From Adineta ricciae (Eukaryota): 45,595 nt of DNA. Where the stretch lies: assembly GCA_905250025.1 (NCBI GenBank), contig CAJNOJ010000205.1, forward strand, positions 144,292 through 189,886. Direction: 5' to 3'. The position numbers and the translations under genes were made by a program. The stretch's first letter is position 1. Each line of letters starts with the position of its first letter. This document shows, in pieces, positions 1 to 11,445 of this stretch. The notes beneath the pieces are model-generated. The model was not told the DNA's origin, did no database searches, and saw only the letters and a list, made by a program, of their open reading frames with translations.

Positions 1-2417
1 GTACCATTGATATTGCATGGAAATATCGCTTCAGTACCATTTGGAATGTATATTTTATTGTTTGCTAAATAGGGTACAAATAAATCAGCCGTATCACAGT
101 TTCCGATAACATAAGGCACTGGAATTTTATAAAGTACGCAAGTACTGTTCATCCAAACTTCATTCCATCCACTAAAACCTCGTCGAGGTGCATAAAACCC
201 CAAACATGTATTACTTCCGAAATCACCTCGATTCATATCTGCGTAGACGTAGATTTGATGATGATCTTTCTTTGAGTGACCTAGAAAATTCTTTTTACCA
301 CCATAAACATGAAAATTATAACTGTCTTCGTAGAAACAACTGCCATCATCATGATCGATAGGCCACAGAGCATTATAATTGTTGAAAATCGTGTTATGGT
401 GAATATAACTATAGTGCTGCCAGAGCGAAGGCACGCCGGGTTGGGTCGCATCACTCAAAAACGGTTGCCGATCCCATGTGTTGATAGGTCCATGATCACT
501 CGTTTCCCGAACTGTGTTAAACATTACATTCCAACTGAGTGTATGATTTCCGTAATAACCGTCATTGATATTGATTGCTGCGCGTGGTACATTAAACATT
601 AGGTTACCAATGACAGATGCACTGCGACTAACAGCGATTAGTACCGGTGAAGATTGTTTATTGTAAATACCGGTTTCATGCATTAAATTCGACTGTATCA
701 GTGTATTTGCTGGTTGACTTCGCACGCTAAAGCCATCGATTCCATTCGTACTACCGACAAGAATGATCGCTGAGTCTGCTAACCATACGAATTCATTCAT
801 AACAATCGAAGTTGCATCGTTATAATCAATTAGCGCGATACCATTGCTGCCTAGTTGTGTAAATAAATTTCGTGTTATACTAACATCTTTCGTATTCATT
901 AGATATAGAGTACCGCCTCGATGAACAGCCCAATCGCCACCACCTGGTACCATGTATTCCCGCATGTATGTACTCGTCGTTTCTGATAGTATTAAACCTT
1001 CGAATCGTACATTATAGATTGGATCATCAATACTAATACCGCGCAAAGAAATAAGACAAGGCACTTGACTGGCAACGAAAGTGTTTGGCATCGTTTCATT
1101 GGGCATAAAGTAGAGCGTACGGCTATCTTTATCTAGGAACCATTCGTTGGGTGAATCAAGTTCTTCGAAAATATTAGCGACATAAAATGCGCCACCCCAA
1201 CTTAAACCTCGTGCTTCTTGAAATCCACCTCGACCAAACATAATCGTGTATTCTGTACTATTAACCGACCCTATCTGAAATATCCAGCTGCCCCAATATT
1301 CGCCTTGAAATGTGTGCACCAAACCAGCGGTGGATTTAGTCCAATTGCTCATATGCGGTAATGTATCTTTATTCACAGTAATGCCGCGAGTAGTAACGTA
1401 ATTATCACCACCGGGTGGTGCCGCTGTGCTCCAAAAGTTCGTAGGCGGATCGAAAACGTATGCACCACCGCCCACGCCAAGTTGAAAATTCGTAAACACC
1501 GTACCATTTCGAAACGGCACTTGTACATGTACTTCTAGACTTCTATTCGGAGTAGGCCCCCACCACTTTTGCCACTCAAAACAAAATCCAGGATTTTTAG
1601 CATATAACCCTTGAGTCGATGGATCACCATTTGGATACTTGGCAAGAATCGCACGTTTACCATCAATATATAACTCATTAAATTGCTCTAAGTCAATATA
1701 CGATGGTATTTTCGCTTTCATGATGGTACCATTAGTTGTTGTTTTTGCATGGACAGACCATTGTAACGGTAATAACGTACCACCACTTAATATGACACGT
1801 TCATCTAGGTAATTCTGTATCACAAGATTACTATCAGCACTTGTTAATTGAATCACACCCATTTGACTACTGGATGTAGTTGCATTTGCACCGAGATAGT
1901 ACGTCCCTTCACGTATAACAATGCACATCGTATTGTTTCTACCGTATGTGATACGAAACGTCCGCGTTAATAATACAGCTGTCTGAATAGTTTTCAAAGG
2001 CATTTCAAATGTTCCATTCCATCGATCGTCACCCGTTTTCCCGTTGACAAACACTGTGCGATAACAGTTATCTGCTTTCGTTTTTTCTTTATTTGCGAAT
2101 AGCGAACGACTATTGGATGATCGGTAAGTACGATAGATTGTTTCATTACATTCATCCATTTGAAATGCACTTTCACTAAGTGTTGTCCAGTTACCTTTCC
2201 AAAACGGAGGCGCGATGTACCCAGCCATCTCGATAGTGAAAGCGCGTAGTGCACAGTCGTCCTTGAGAGCAACATTTGGATTTCTGACTCGACCATATCG
2301 CGGATCAATTTTAGCTGAATACTTCGTTGTACGATGTTCAAGTGAACAGCTCACCATACTGTCTGAGCTATAAATCACAATGAGCAATATAAGTGACATA
2401 CCAGTGAATAATAGCAT
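1..2417 (-). CDS. Secreted right-handed parallel beta-helix (pectin-lyase-fold) protein. The 5' end is complete (ATG at 2417, alternative ATG at 2399) and the 3' end runs past window position 1. There are no introns.
   Basis: My own minus-strand translation is open from 2417 to position 1 (more than 800 aa) with no stop, and the upstream in-frame stop is TAG. This ORF is absent from the supplied track, presumably because it has no in-window stop. The N-terminus (MLLFTGMSLILLIVIYSSDSMVSCS) looks like a signal peptide. The body carries repeated beta-helix rungs with N-rich turns, for example ITRNLFTQLGSNGIALIDYND, VIGNLMFNVPRAAININDG and IHHNTIFNNYNALWPIDHDDGS. A continuous 2.4-kb exon is unusual here, because most other genes in the window have ~50-bp introns. 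Confidence 0.6.
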   Translation of the reverse strand, partial: MLLFTGMSLILLIVIYSSDSMVSCSLEHRTTKYSAKIDPRYGRVRNPNVALKDDCALRAFTIEMAGYIAPPFWKGNWTTLSESAFQMDECNETIYRTYRSSNSRSLFANKEKTKADNCYRTVFVNGKTGDDRWNGTFEMPLKTIQTAVLLTRTFRITYGRNNTMCIVIREGTYYLGANATTSSSQMGVIQLTSADSNLVIQNYLDERVILSGGTLLPLQWSVHAKTTTNGTIMKAKIPSYIDLEQFNELYIDGKRAILAKYPNGDPSTQGLYAKNPGFCFEWQKWWGPTPNRSLEVHVQVPFRNGTVFTNFQLGVGGGAYVFDPPTNFWSTAAPPGGDNYVTTRGITVNKDTLPHMSNWTKSTAGLVHTFQGEYWGSWIFQIGSVNSTEYTIMFGRGGFQEARGLSWGGAFYVANIFEELDSPNEWFLDKDSRTLYFMPNETMPNTFVASQVPCLISLRGISIDDPIYNVRFEGLILSETTSTYMREYMVPGGGDWAVHRGGTLYLMNTKDVSITRNLFTQLGSNGIALIDYNDATSIVMNEFVWLADSAIILVGSTNGIDGFSVRSQPANTLIQSNLMHETGIYNKQSSPVLIAVSRSASVIGNLMFNVPRAAININDGYYGNHTLSWNVMFNTVRETSDHGPINTWDRQPFLSDATQPGVPSLWQHYSYIHHNTIFNNYNALWPIDHDDGSCFYEDSYNFHVYGGKKNFLGHSKKDHHQIYVYADMNRGDFGSNTCLGFYAPRRGFSGWNEVWMNSTCVLYKIPVPYVIGNCDTADLFVPYLANNKIYIPNGTEAIFPCNING

Positions 2418-3123
2418 TCCTGCAGAATTTCTTTTGTGCTATAGAAAAAGACAACAGAACTGTATACGTATATTCTGTTTGATATTTCAATACAGAAGAC
2501 CTTGTGTCAAGTTACATAAGATAACACAGTGATAAGAATGTTTAAAAATAGTTGGATTGGGTTGTATTTACCTTAACTTCTGTTTGATCGGTGGAACAAT
2601 ACTGTTGCAATAGAATTGGATTTTCTTGTGAATTATAAGCATACATTGATTTGTCTTGGATCATCTGATCGTCAGCACTGAATATAAAAATAAAATAATA
2701 TTTTATACGATCGCATGGTTTTTTTTACATGTACCATTGAAAATTCAATCAATGGTATAAAAATGAAGCCAATTATATGACAGTCACTGTAGAAGTCGCT
2801 CTTTGTTTATTCTCTCAAGAGCACAACGTGAATAGCAACATCATATACTTTCACAAATTGCTACAAATAATCATTCAGACGCCGTTTGAAACGGTAAAAG
2901 CTGTTGCCGGCTAGAATCCTTTCAAAATATAACAACGAAGAAGAAAAGAAAAGCAAAGAATGTTGAATGAAAATTCGATGATTGACAGGCAATACATGTT
3001 TTCGTTGTCGTCATCATGTTCTTCAGCTTGATTCGTGCCATTCTCGTGAAAGTGTTGAAATTTCCCTCTTCAACAGTATGAATGATGTCACTGGGCGAAA
3101 ATGAGTTCGAAGTTCTTAAAAGT

Positions 3124-3131
3124 TATATAAG
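3124..3131 (+). promoter_or_regulatory. TATA-like box (TATATAAG) about 75 bp upstream of the ATG at 3203
   Basis: The match is by sequence only. Confidence 0.2.
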
Positions 3132-3202
3132 ATGCAAAATAGAATGGGAATAAGTCCCTATTCGTTTGATAAAAGTTTTCATATCGAATATAATCAATAA
3201 TT

Positions 3203-3625
3203 ATGGAATTACATTTATCACAAGTTTTATCCAACTGGAATGAAGTTGAAGTTCGTACTGTTCCAAATGTCATGTATCAAGTGGTTTGTCCAACGAACAA
3301 TACTGACGAAGGTATTGAATATCGCTTTCATTGGTTTCTTGATTGTTCTGAGACATATATTCATAACCACCGGTATGCTTTTGACACGTACTGCTTACAA
3401 GGTGAATATGAAGAGCGCTTGTGGGAAATAAGTGACGATCGTTCCGGGACTTTCACGTATACGTTTCCGAGAACTTCGGGAAACAAATTCGGTACATGCA
3501 TTCCATACCAGGAGTGCTACGGACTGTTAAACAGAACCACCATTTTCCAGGCAATACATTACATCTCGAACCCAATCAGTATCATTCGATCGTTCCGATT
3601 GGCGGAGCAAATAGCAAGATATTAA
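3203..3625 (+). CDS. Hypothetical Cys/Trp-rich protein. The ORF track gives 140 aa, and the 3' part may continue by splicing into the 3496-3777 frame.
   Basis: The ORF starts at an ATG with a TATA-like element upstream and has protein-like composition (MELHLSQVLSNWNEVEVRTVPNVMYQVVCPTNNTDEGIEYRFHWFLDCSETYIHNHRYAFDTYCLQGEYEERLWEISDDRSGTFTYTFPRTSGNKFGTCIPYQECYGLLNRTTIFQAIHYISNPISIIRSFRLAEQIARY). An overlapping ORF at 3496-3777 ends in a plausible C-terminus (...SSSDSIQAPTDEIRPATAEERQLIHEKLISLS). I could not place a splice junction confidently. Confidence 0.25.
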   Translation: MELHLSQVLSNWNEVEVRTVPNVMYQVVCPTNNTDEGIEYRFHWFLDCSETYIHNHRYAFDTYCLQGEYEERLWEISDDRSGTFTYTFPRTSGNKFGTCIPYQECYGLLNRTTIFQAIHYISNPISIIRSFRLAEQIARY

Positions 3626-4670
3626 CATTCGTTGCTAGACGACTTTGCTCAACAGCTGCAGAAACGACATTCGTACTAAGCTCATCAGATAGCATTCAAG
3701 CACCGACCGACGAGATTCGACCAGCAACGGCAGAAGAGCGGCAACTGATTCATGAGAAGCTTATAAGTTTGTCATAGACAGCACTTACATTTTCTAAGAT
3801 TGTAAACTATTTTTTTAAAAATTCATGTCCTAGAAAGAAATAAAATTGTCAACACATTTCACATTTTTATTAGATGTTTTTCTCTGAACATACAACATAC
3901 ACTGTTATCTTCAGTACTCCGCCCACGGGCGAAAGATTAACCGTCACTTACAAATACGAAGTAAGTTTTTCGAGCGAAATGCATAATTTAGACAAAGACG
4001 AACAAATCGCCGTCGTATAGTTGACTGATTTATGTAACAAAATACTTCTGATGAGTTGCGTTCAGAACTATTTCGATGATATCCACCACGATCTTCAATC
4101 ATTCCACAGATGAGAAACATTGAATATCATACTAAGCTCATCAGTTCGAAGCTGTTGGCGACCTAATTATAGAACTGATTTGGATGAGAATTAGAGTTGT
4201 TTATTTAAACGTCATTCGTCTCCACACCCTCACCCCCATCGACTCTACATATGTCGCTTTTTCTTTACGTAGTGTATGCATGGATGAAATTAATTGAATT
4301 CTACTTACAAGACTATCGCAAGTAAACGAATAGAGACACACTGATTGATTCTTTAATGTATTTATTTTTTTCAGCACAAAAAGAACACTTGCTCGTGCAT
4401 TTCGCTTATACGTAAAAACAAGAGAAATGTAGAAAAGAAATATTCTTTTGTATACACAAGTGACTGTCTTGTTTCGGTTTGTTTTCTCTTCCACCCTTTA
4501 TTCATATAACTAAAAGCGTAAATTTTTCCCATGTAAAATAAATTCATACTTTTGCTATTTAAAATGATTAAACCTCCAGAATCGAATTTGGAACAACCGA
4601 AGATTGTACATCGCTCACAGCAAAGTATCAAATCAAAGTTTGTCCTTCTTATTCTCATGCTATGAATTAG

Positions 4671-5326
4671 TTTTGCTCTTTTGGTTTTTGTCAAAGGTCT
4701 CAATGCTCAGTTTCGCGACTGATTTGTACTCAATTATTAATTCTATTGGCACTGCTTGTTGTAGCAGCGATTACCATTCCAATTATAGTTCTTATACTTG
4801 GTAAATTTAAAAGAAAAATGTCGAGTTATTCCATTTCAAAGTGTTTTTCTTTTAGATAATCGTTCAGCACGTAAATATTTCATTAAAATATTTTTCTTTC
4901 GAACATGAATTCTTTTTCTAAGCATGTTCATCAACTTATTCTGATACTTTTACCAATGGTGTGACACCAACAGCAGCTCAATGTGCAAATTGGCAACAAT
5001 TTAAAACAAGTTTAACTTGTTCATCTTATTCGAAAATGCGTTTTTATGGTTCAAAAGACCTTGTTGGTGTTACTGTATCTGATCCATCTGTTGTCACTGC
5101 ACTGGTAGTTGCTTTAAAGTATAACACAACAGTGACTACACTATCAAATGGGGTTTACTGGAGAGTTGGCGTATGTTCAAGTGGTTTTGAGATATCTGCA
5201 AATGGATTTTGTGCATGTGCAGCAAATTATGCATTGAGACCATGTCACAGTAATTCAGATTGGGGAGGAATTGGCAGTCCAACATGTAGTTCGGCAACAC
5301 AAACATTATCACTTTATTTTGAATAA
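4671..5326 (+). CDS. Putative small secreted cysteine-rich protein in a partial 3-exon model: about 4671-4800, 4856-4870 and 4923-5326. The start codon is unresolved.
   Basis: Two 52-55 bp GT-AG introns (gtaaat...ttttag and gtaaat...tctaag) join a hydrophobic leader frame (LICTQLLILLALLVVAAITIPIIVLIL) to the long ORF 4961-5326 (TPTAAQCANWQQFKTSLTCSSYSK...CACAANYALRPCHSNSDWGGIGSPTCSS). Codon phase across both junctions agrees with the ORF-track frame. Exon 1 has no ATG in that frame, so an upstream exon or a different 5' end is likely. Confidence 0.25.
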
Positions 5327-5847
5327 ACAAATTATGGAAGGTCTTGAGGGTGAGCGTGCAGATAGATCTGTTTGTGCATGAGACTGAGTGTATAATTGAC
5401 GATAATTAGGATATTCATACTAATACCCTCTTTGAGAAAAACGTTTGTTTAATAAAATAAAAAAGGTGCCGTATAACCATTTCAAATTATTTCAGTTGAA
5501 AATATCAATTGAATAGAAAATGAGACTTTAGTATGGAATGACAACAAGTAACGCTCGCTGAGTCCTTGACGGAGTAACTAGCACTAAAAAATGTTTTCTG
5601 TCAGCGAAATCGTTCACAAAATAACTTAAGTTGTATTACTGCATACGCGTTATAATCCTGATTTTCTCGTATCAGTTTTAATCTATGTCGTAAGAAATTC
5701 AAACAATACAGAATTTCATATTATCATAGATACTATTTAAAAGTCTTTATAATAAACTGTGTAAATAATACTCGTCGAACATGAGTCGTATAATTTCCCA
5801 TACCCTCACCCGCTCGCACATGTGTGTAATGTTTTTGTAAGATAAAA

Positions 5848-6927
5848 TTATTGTTGTTCAGAAGCAATCGAGTTCGAACAAACGATTCTGTCAAAATGAT
5901 GATTATCAGGAGAGCGATGAGTCGATGGTTTGGATGAGGTGAAAACAGTAAAACTGGATGTCCAATCGTCACGAAATTGACACGTGACAAACCAGCGTTT
6001 TTCTTCCAGCCAAAATGGATTTCGAAAAGCAGTGATCATTCTATCAAAATGATTCCAATCGCAGCAATAGCAGAAGATGCAGAATTCCAAATGAGCAAGT
6101 CGTGGTAATTTCAGCCGGAGAAAGTATTCCCACTGAGATAGACGATGTATAAATTCGAATGGCTTGCCCGAACTCGTAAGATCCAGATGAGTTAACGAGG
6201 ACAACAGAGAAAGACAGTATTCCAGTTTATCCATTGTGATTTTGAGGTCGTTTAGTGTAAGAGAATGTAATTGCGTGTAGGATTTCGTGAGGAATGACTC
6301 GTTGATTTCGACTTTCCAACAATTGTTCATGATGAGAGCATGTAAATTAGGCGAATGGTCTAGAATGGAGCAAAATTGCTCGAACGTGCACGTTCCAATC
6401 GAAATACTTGTAGCTCGACACGAAAACGGCCATAGAAATCGTTCGACGTTGTTCAGATTAAAGTTCAAAATGCATTGGCGAAGACTGGATTGTAAGAGAA
6501 TCATGGATACTAAATTCAATAAATCATCTACATTCTCTAAGGGATTTACATCGAGAGAGAATGTAATTAAGTTACAATTCTTTATCACATGCCGTAAAAT
6601 CAATTTGACTTCATTGATATCCACACGATGAAGAACTAATGTTTCAAGCCGTTGGAATCGATGAATGTCGATAATTACACTGTTGTTATCATCGATTTCT
6701 AATAGTAAAACATTTTCCAATGGAATAATCCGGCAGATATTTTTCATCGCAATTGAGTTAACGTGAATCTTATATCGATTATAACTTTCTGTAACAGCAA
6801 ATAGTTGCGTACAAACATGTCGAATCGATCGAACGATCGTTTTTGTATCCAGAAAATCGCAAATCCGATATAGAAGCTCCGTTGGTAAGTCGAGAAGACC
6901 AACTTTATTTTCTTTTAGAGTTGTCAT
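5848..6927 (-). CDS. F-box plus leucine-rich-repeat protein, single exon
   Basis: The ORF starts at a true ATG and has an N-terminal F-box (LLDLPTELLYRICDFLDTKTIVRSIRHVCTQLF) followed by a Leu-rich repetitive body. Confidence 0.7.
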   Translation of the reverse strand: MTTLKENKVGLLDLPTELLYRICDFLDTKTIVRSIRHVCTQLFAVTESYNRYKIHVNSIAMKNICRIIPLENVLLLEIDDNNSVIIDIHRFQRLETLVLHRVDINEVKLILRHVIKNCNLITFSLDVNPLENVDDLLNLVSMILLQSSLRQCILNFNLNNVERFLWPFSCRATSISIGTCTFEQFCSILDHSPNLHALIMNNCWKVEINESFLTKSYTQLHSLTLNDLKITMDKLEYCLSLLSSLTHLDLTSSGKPFEFIHRLSQWEYFLRLKLPRLAHLEFCIFCYCCDWNHFDRMITAFRNPFWLEEKRWFVTCQFRDDWTSSFTVFTSSKPSTHRSPDNHHFDRIVCSNSIASEQQ

Positions 6928-7088
6928 TGTTTTTCAGGAAAATTCTCAAACACGTGCTATACCCAATCGACTGTTTCTTCGTTCTGTCGAACGTTCAATT
7001 GAAATGTTGATTAAGTTTACGGATCGGCGACATCTATTCCATTTTTATTTCTATGGAAGAAAACAAATACAAAAAATTCTTTTTATAT

Positions 7089-8078
7089 CTATCTCCAATA
7101 TGTTTTGGCAACGCTACGAGTCGTCTCCCATGCTTCATCCAAGACTTGAACGACTTCATCGGGCAATGGTTCTTTCTGTAAATCTTTTAAATTCGATTCT
7201 AATTGCTGTATACTACTTGCTCCGATGACAATTCCATCGCCATCGAATACATTTAATTTCGAATGATGCAAAAGCCACCGAAATGCTGTTTCTATAAGCG
7301 TAAGATCATACTTTACCAAGATGGGTGTTATATGATCAAGAGCGCTGAGATAAGCATCATGAAAATATCGATCGCGATACATTTTCGCGGCAGTATTACC
7401 TTTGACATCAGCAAACCGACCTTCTTCGGGAACTGTCAATGTTGACTTATATCGTCCGGAAAGAATACCACCAGCTAATGGATTATAAGCAAGTATATTG
7501 ATTCTAAAGTGTCGACAACAAGGTACAAGTTCTTCTTCCAGAGCACGTGTTAACACATTGTACATAGCTTGATAAATTGTTGGTCGAACCCATTGATTAC
7601 AAATGCAAATCTGTGCAATTTTTGCCACTTCCCAAGCGGCATAATTACTCAATCCAAAGATTTTGAATTTACCTTCTTGATGGAACTTATTCACTTCTTC
7701 AAGAGTCTCTTCGAATGGCACACTTCGATCAGGTGCATGAAGATAGAATATTTCCACCGACTCTTGTCCTAATTCTCGCAGACTTGTTTCGAATAACTCC
7801 CGTAATTTCGCTGGTTTATGCATACCCGCTTCTATTGGATATACTTTTGTTGCAATGGTAAATCCACCTTCACCAAGCACACCTGTTTCTCGTGTAAAAG
7901 CTTCTTGTTTACCATCGTTATATAATCGTGCAGTGTCGAGCTCTGTGTAACCGTACGATTGAAACGTCTTGAACATCGCTCGTATCTCTTCTACAGTCGT
8001 AACTCTCGCAAGATTCGTACCAACTGGACCCAATGTTGCACATCCCAAAACGATGCGTGCACGCTTTTTGTCCGTCAT
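7089..8078 (-). CDS. Aldo-keto reductase of the AKR7 (aflatoxin-aldehyde-reductase-like) type, single exon
   Basis: The region from IVLGCATLGPVG through TELDTARLYNDGKQE and ATKV matches the AKR7 pattern LGTM.GR...E.DTA..Y.nG.SE..LG, and the length is typical for an AKR. The ORF track begins at a TTG at 8102, and the first ATG (MTDKKRARIV...) is at 8078. Confidence 0.8.
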   Translation of the reverse strand: MTDKKRARIVLGCATLGPVGTNLARVTTVEEIRAMFKTFQSYGYTELDTARLYNDGKQEAFTRETGVLGEGGFTIATKVYPIEAGMHKPAKLRELFETSLRELGQESVEIFYLHAPDRSVPFEETLEEVNKFHQEGKFKIFGLSNYAAWEVAKIAQICICNQWVRPTIYQAMYNVLTRALEEELVPCCRHFRINILAYNPLAGGILSGRYKSTLTVPEEGRFADVKGNTAAKMYRDRYFHDAYLSALDHITPILVKYDLTLIETAFRWLLHHSKLNVFDGDGIVIGASSIQQLESNLKDLQKEPLPDEVVQVLDEAWETTRSVAKTYWR

Positions 8079-8568
8079 TGTGTGAGAATGATAAAAATGC
8101 AAGCAACGTCTCTTTTATTTCTTATCTCTCAAAGATTCAACATGAGAGAGATGACAGAACATATTTCATGTTTGCTGCAGCATATCATTCAGTTTTTCTT
8201 ATTGGTGATCGCACTAACACACTGAAAGAATAGCGTTATCACTATCCTTTCTATAGATGACGTTCATTCACTTGCACTACATTCTAGTTTTGTGTCTCAT
8301 CTGCTAGAGCATCATCTTTTATCGATAACACAACCGAGAACAGATATACTGATAATATCTTCAACAGTGTGTTCGTTGTCATAGGATCAAAGCATAATAT
8401 AAAAGAATGAATTCTACCGCATCTTCGTCACTTCTTATTTGTCTCTACAAAGAATCTATTCAGTCAGAACTGTCTTTTGTCGAACGAACTCTTTTATGAT
8501 TAGTTAAGAGTTTTGCCACTTCAGAAATGATTCTTTGTATTTCTTTATTATCAGAATAAAATCATCAT

Positions 8569-9334
8569 CTAAATCTTATTCCGACGAGGATACTGACGTT
8601 GGAATTTTGTCGAAAATTTTTCATGTACGTTTTCGATAGTTCGATATAACGGTGCGATCATCGTTAAATCTTCATTATCATTTTCCTTGAGCTCATGATT
8701 CAAAATAACTTCCAATGACGTTTTGACCGATGCCAAAATCATTTTAAAATCTAACAGAAGATTATATGTATCCCCAGCATTTAACCAGTTTTCCATCATC
8801 AATAACTTTTCGGAGCCATGCTGATAGAAGTCAAATGCGTAACTATTTAGATGGTAAGCTGTATTTGTGTGATCACAGCAATCTATATCAATGAATGGCA
8901 CCACTTTTGACGATAAATCAATATCATAAATTAGATCCCATGAGCCAATAATTGGATTATACCTCGACATGTATTTCTCATGAGTAAGACCTGAGAGAGC
9001 AGCGAATGGAGAAATGGACGTAGGATTTTGCATCTGTTGGGAATAATGGTGATGAAGTCGATACTCAAATGTTCCATTATCATAATCCACAGTTTGAGCA
9101 AACGAAATACTCGAAAATGGTAAAACTTCCTCTTGTTTATGAGAACTAGTCGAACGACGAAGATGTTGTATGATCATTTGTATATAATATCCATAAACTT
9201 CCTTAACAATCGAGTTGTAACTATCAACACGTTTTCGAAATTCTTTAGAAATCGGTGCTAGAAATAATTTTGAATTCAACTTTTCTACTTTTCGGTGTTG
9301 CACTAGATCTTCATATGCGCGATGAGTGATCAAC
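8569..9334 (-). CDS. DExH-box helicase exon 8, the C-terminal region ending at the stop at 8569
   Basis: The exon runs from W|LITHRAYEDLVQHRKVEKLNSK to ...FQRQYPRRNKI*. The frame agrees with ORF 8569-9387. The eight exons sum to 5646 nt, which is divisible by 3. Confidence 0.75.
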
Positions 9335-9384
9335 CTACATAAAAACAAACCAATCAACATTTTCCACGCGACAGTTTTATTTAC

Positions 9385-9958
9385 CATGGCATATTCGTAA
9401 AAAGGTACGCAAAAATCGTAATAATTTCGAATTGATCTTGAACTTCATGAAATAATCGAGTGTCCATCAAATATATAAGTAAAATACTTGCCGGTTCGAA
9501 ATAGTGCAGGTGACTTAGAAGACCAGCTAAGCCAATTAATCCTCCTTGTCGATCAATCAAGTTCAGTCGGTAAAGAAAATCTAATGTGAATAAACAATGA
9601 AAACGTGTTTGAACGTCGATCAATTGGCTCTTCAAAGATGATTGCGACATCAATGAGCACTGTAATGCAATCAATGATCGATTGATCGCATCATTAACAT
9701 CTTTGGCATTTGCGCATAAGTGTAACAAACGTAGAAGAAACGTGACACTGGTAGGAAAATGTGCTTGAATATTTGGAATGGATGACATGAATAAATGACT
9801 AATTTTTGATAGCGGTATATCGATAAATATCACATGACCTTGTATATCGAAACCACGGCGACCAGCGCGACCCGATGCTTGTCGATATTGTAATGCATCT
9901 AGATAAATTGAATCTTGTATGAATGCAACACTTTTTGTTGGCATATGAATACCCAATG
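9385..9958 (-). CDS. DExH-box helicase exon 7, containing motif VI
   Basis: The exon reads ALGIHMPTKSVAFIQDSIYLDALQYRQASGRAGRRGFDIQGHVIFI. The donor is CATG|GTAAAT, followed by a 50-bp intron. Confidence 0.75.
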
Positions 9959-10010
9959 CTACATACAGATGATACAGTTTTTTTCCACAAGATTATCTAA
10001 AAGTACGTAC

Positions 10011-10801
10011 CGAGTGTTGCTGTAGAGAAAACAACTTGAATATATCGATTACGGAACAGAGCTTCCACAGCAACACGACCTTTGTTGTTCAAACCGGAAT
10101 GGTGGTAAGCAACTCCTCGTTTCATATACGAGACTAGGCGAGGATTTTCTACATGAGCTCGTTTCAATAAAGCGTCGGCCAAGGCTCCATCGCATCTTTG
10201 TCGGTTAGCTAATGTTCCTTCGTCTAAAATACCGTTTAATAGTTGCTCTTCGTGTCCAGAAAGCAAGATCTGCTTGTTTTCTTCTTCGGCCATTTTTATT
10301 TCTTCGATATCATCTTCAGCATGACGACGTCCGCGCGACGATTTCAAAATTTTCTTCGGTTTGGACTTCTGTCGGTTCTGTTCTGCTAATTCCAAACGAT
10401 TTCGTAATTCTTGTAGTTGAGTTTTATATTTTGTTTCTCGCAACTGCTTTTCCATTGTGTACAGATGCATCGCAACACTGTGAGCCATACTCTCACACAA
10501 AGTTCGATTATCCGTGAAAACAATACATGGAAGAAGGTTCTTTTCTTTGAGTGTGATAATAAAATCGACGATTAATGAAGGTGTAGGCTTCGGTTCAGGA
10601 TATCGAAAGTTCACTGATGTCATTGGCTGTAACGATGTAATAATTGAGTCGACAACAGATATTTCTTTTCGATCAATCAACTGATTGAACTGATCGTGAA
10701 CTAATTTGGAATATTCATTGCATAAACTTCGCTCGATAATCCAACTCGATGAAAAGTATTCAGCTAGGGGTGGTGTAGATGCACATTTTCCTCCAGTTTG
10801 T
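10011..10801 (-). CDS. DExH-box helicase exon 6 (linker plus the start of the helicase C-terminal domain)
   Basis: The exon covers ...VAYHHSGLNNKGRVAVEALFRNRYIQVVFSTATL. The donor is CTCG|GTACGT, followed by a 52-bp intron. The ORF-track frame is confirmed. Confidence 0.75.
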
Positions 10802-10861
10802 CTACATAAAAAGACAAAGTCAAGCTATTCTGTACTATATCAAATGAATGCATATATTTAC

Positions 10862-11399
10862 TTTGTCTTGATTAAATCTTCAAGTTGTAAAGTCTCGCGT
10901 GGAGACAGCGAAAGGTCTTTAGGAATACCTTTTGTCACTAATTGCTTCGAATTCATGATTCCAATTGGATGAATCGGATGTAATTCTCGGTTTGAATACA
11001 AGTATTTGTTCAAGTCAGCTGCACGTTCATGATGAACAATCAAGCATACATGACGCGGTGTCGGTATTCCAAATAGTGCCGCTCGTTGTCGTTCGACATT
11101 CGTAATCCATTGACGCAACTCATCGCTGTTATTCACTGTTGCCGATAGACCAATCATTGGGCAATTGATAAGTAACATGGTCTTTTCCCAAACATCCGCG
11201 CCGATTTCGCCCGACATACAATGAATTTCATCGAATATGGCATATTTGATCCGTTGACACCATTGCTGATGTGTTGGAGACAGAAGTAAAATTTCCATAC
11301 ATTGTGGAACAGTAACCAATATTCGGCATGAATCCATGTTTACGCGGTAATCTCGTGTAAATATTCCAAATACCGGACCGAATTTCGAATGAATTGTCG
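10862..11399 (-). CDS. DExH-box helicase exon 5, containing motifs Ib, II and III
   Basis: The motifs are RILVTVPQCMEILLLSP, AIFDEIHCMSGEIGADVWEKT (DEIH) and IGLSATVNNSDE (SAT). The donor is AA|GTAAAT, followed by a 60-bp intron. Confidence 0.75.
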
Positions 11400-11445
11400 C
11401 TAAAATAGATCATTAACGAAGAAATAAAAAGAGTGTCAATCTCAC

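Noticed and set aside
3671-4148. A 15-nt exact repeat, tactaagctcatcag, at about 3673 and about 4128
   Set aside because: A single 15-mer duplication in 45 kb on two strands is near chance expectation. No flanking similarity or terminal-repeat structure is apparent.
4201-4703. Minus-strand ORFs 4201-4494 and 4371-4703
   Set aside because: Their translations are lysine/phenylalanine-rich with no domain signature and overlap each other. A spliced plus-strand model in the same region is more plausible.
6287-6631. Plus-strand ORFs lying inside minus-strand genes, such as 6287-6631, 10212-10517, 12536-12802, 25560-25862, 31412-31789 and 32243-32678
   Set aside because: They are antisense to well-supported coding exons and have low-complexity, non-protein-like composition. 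They are typical shadow ORFs.
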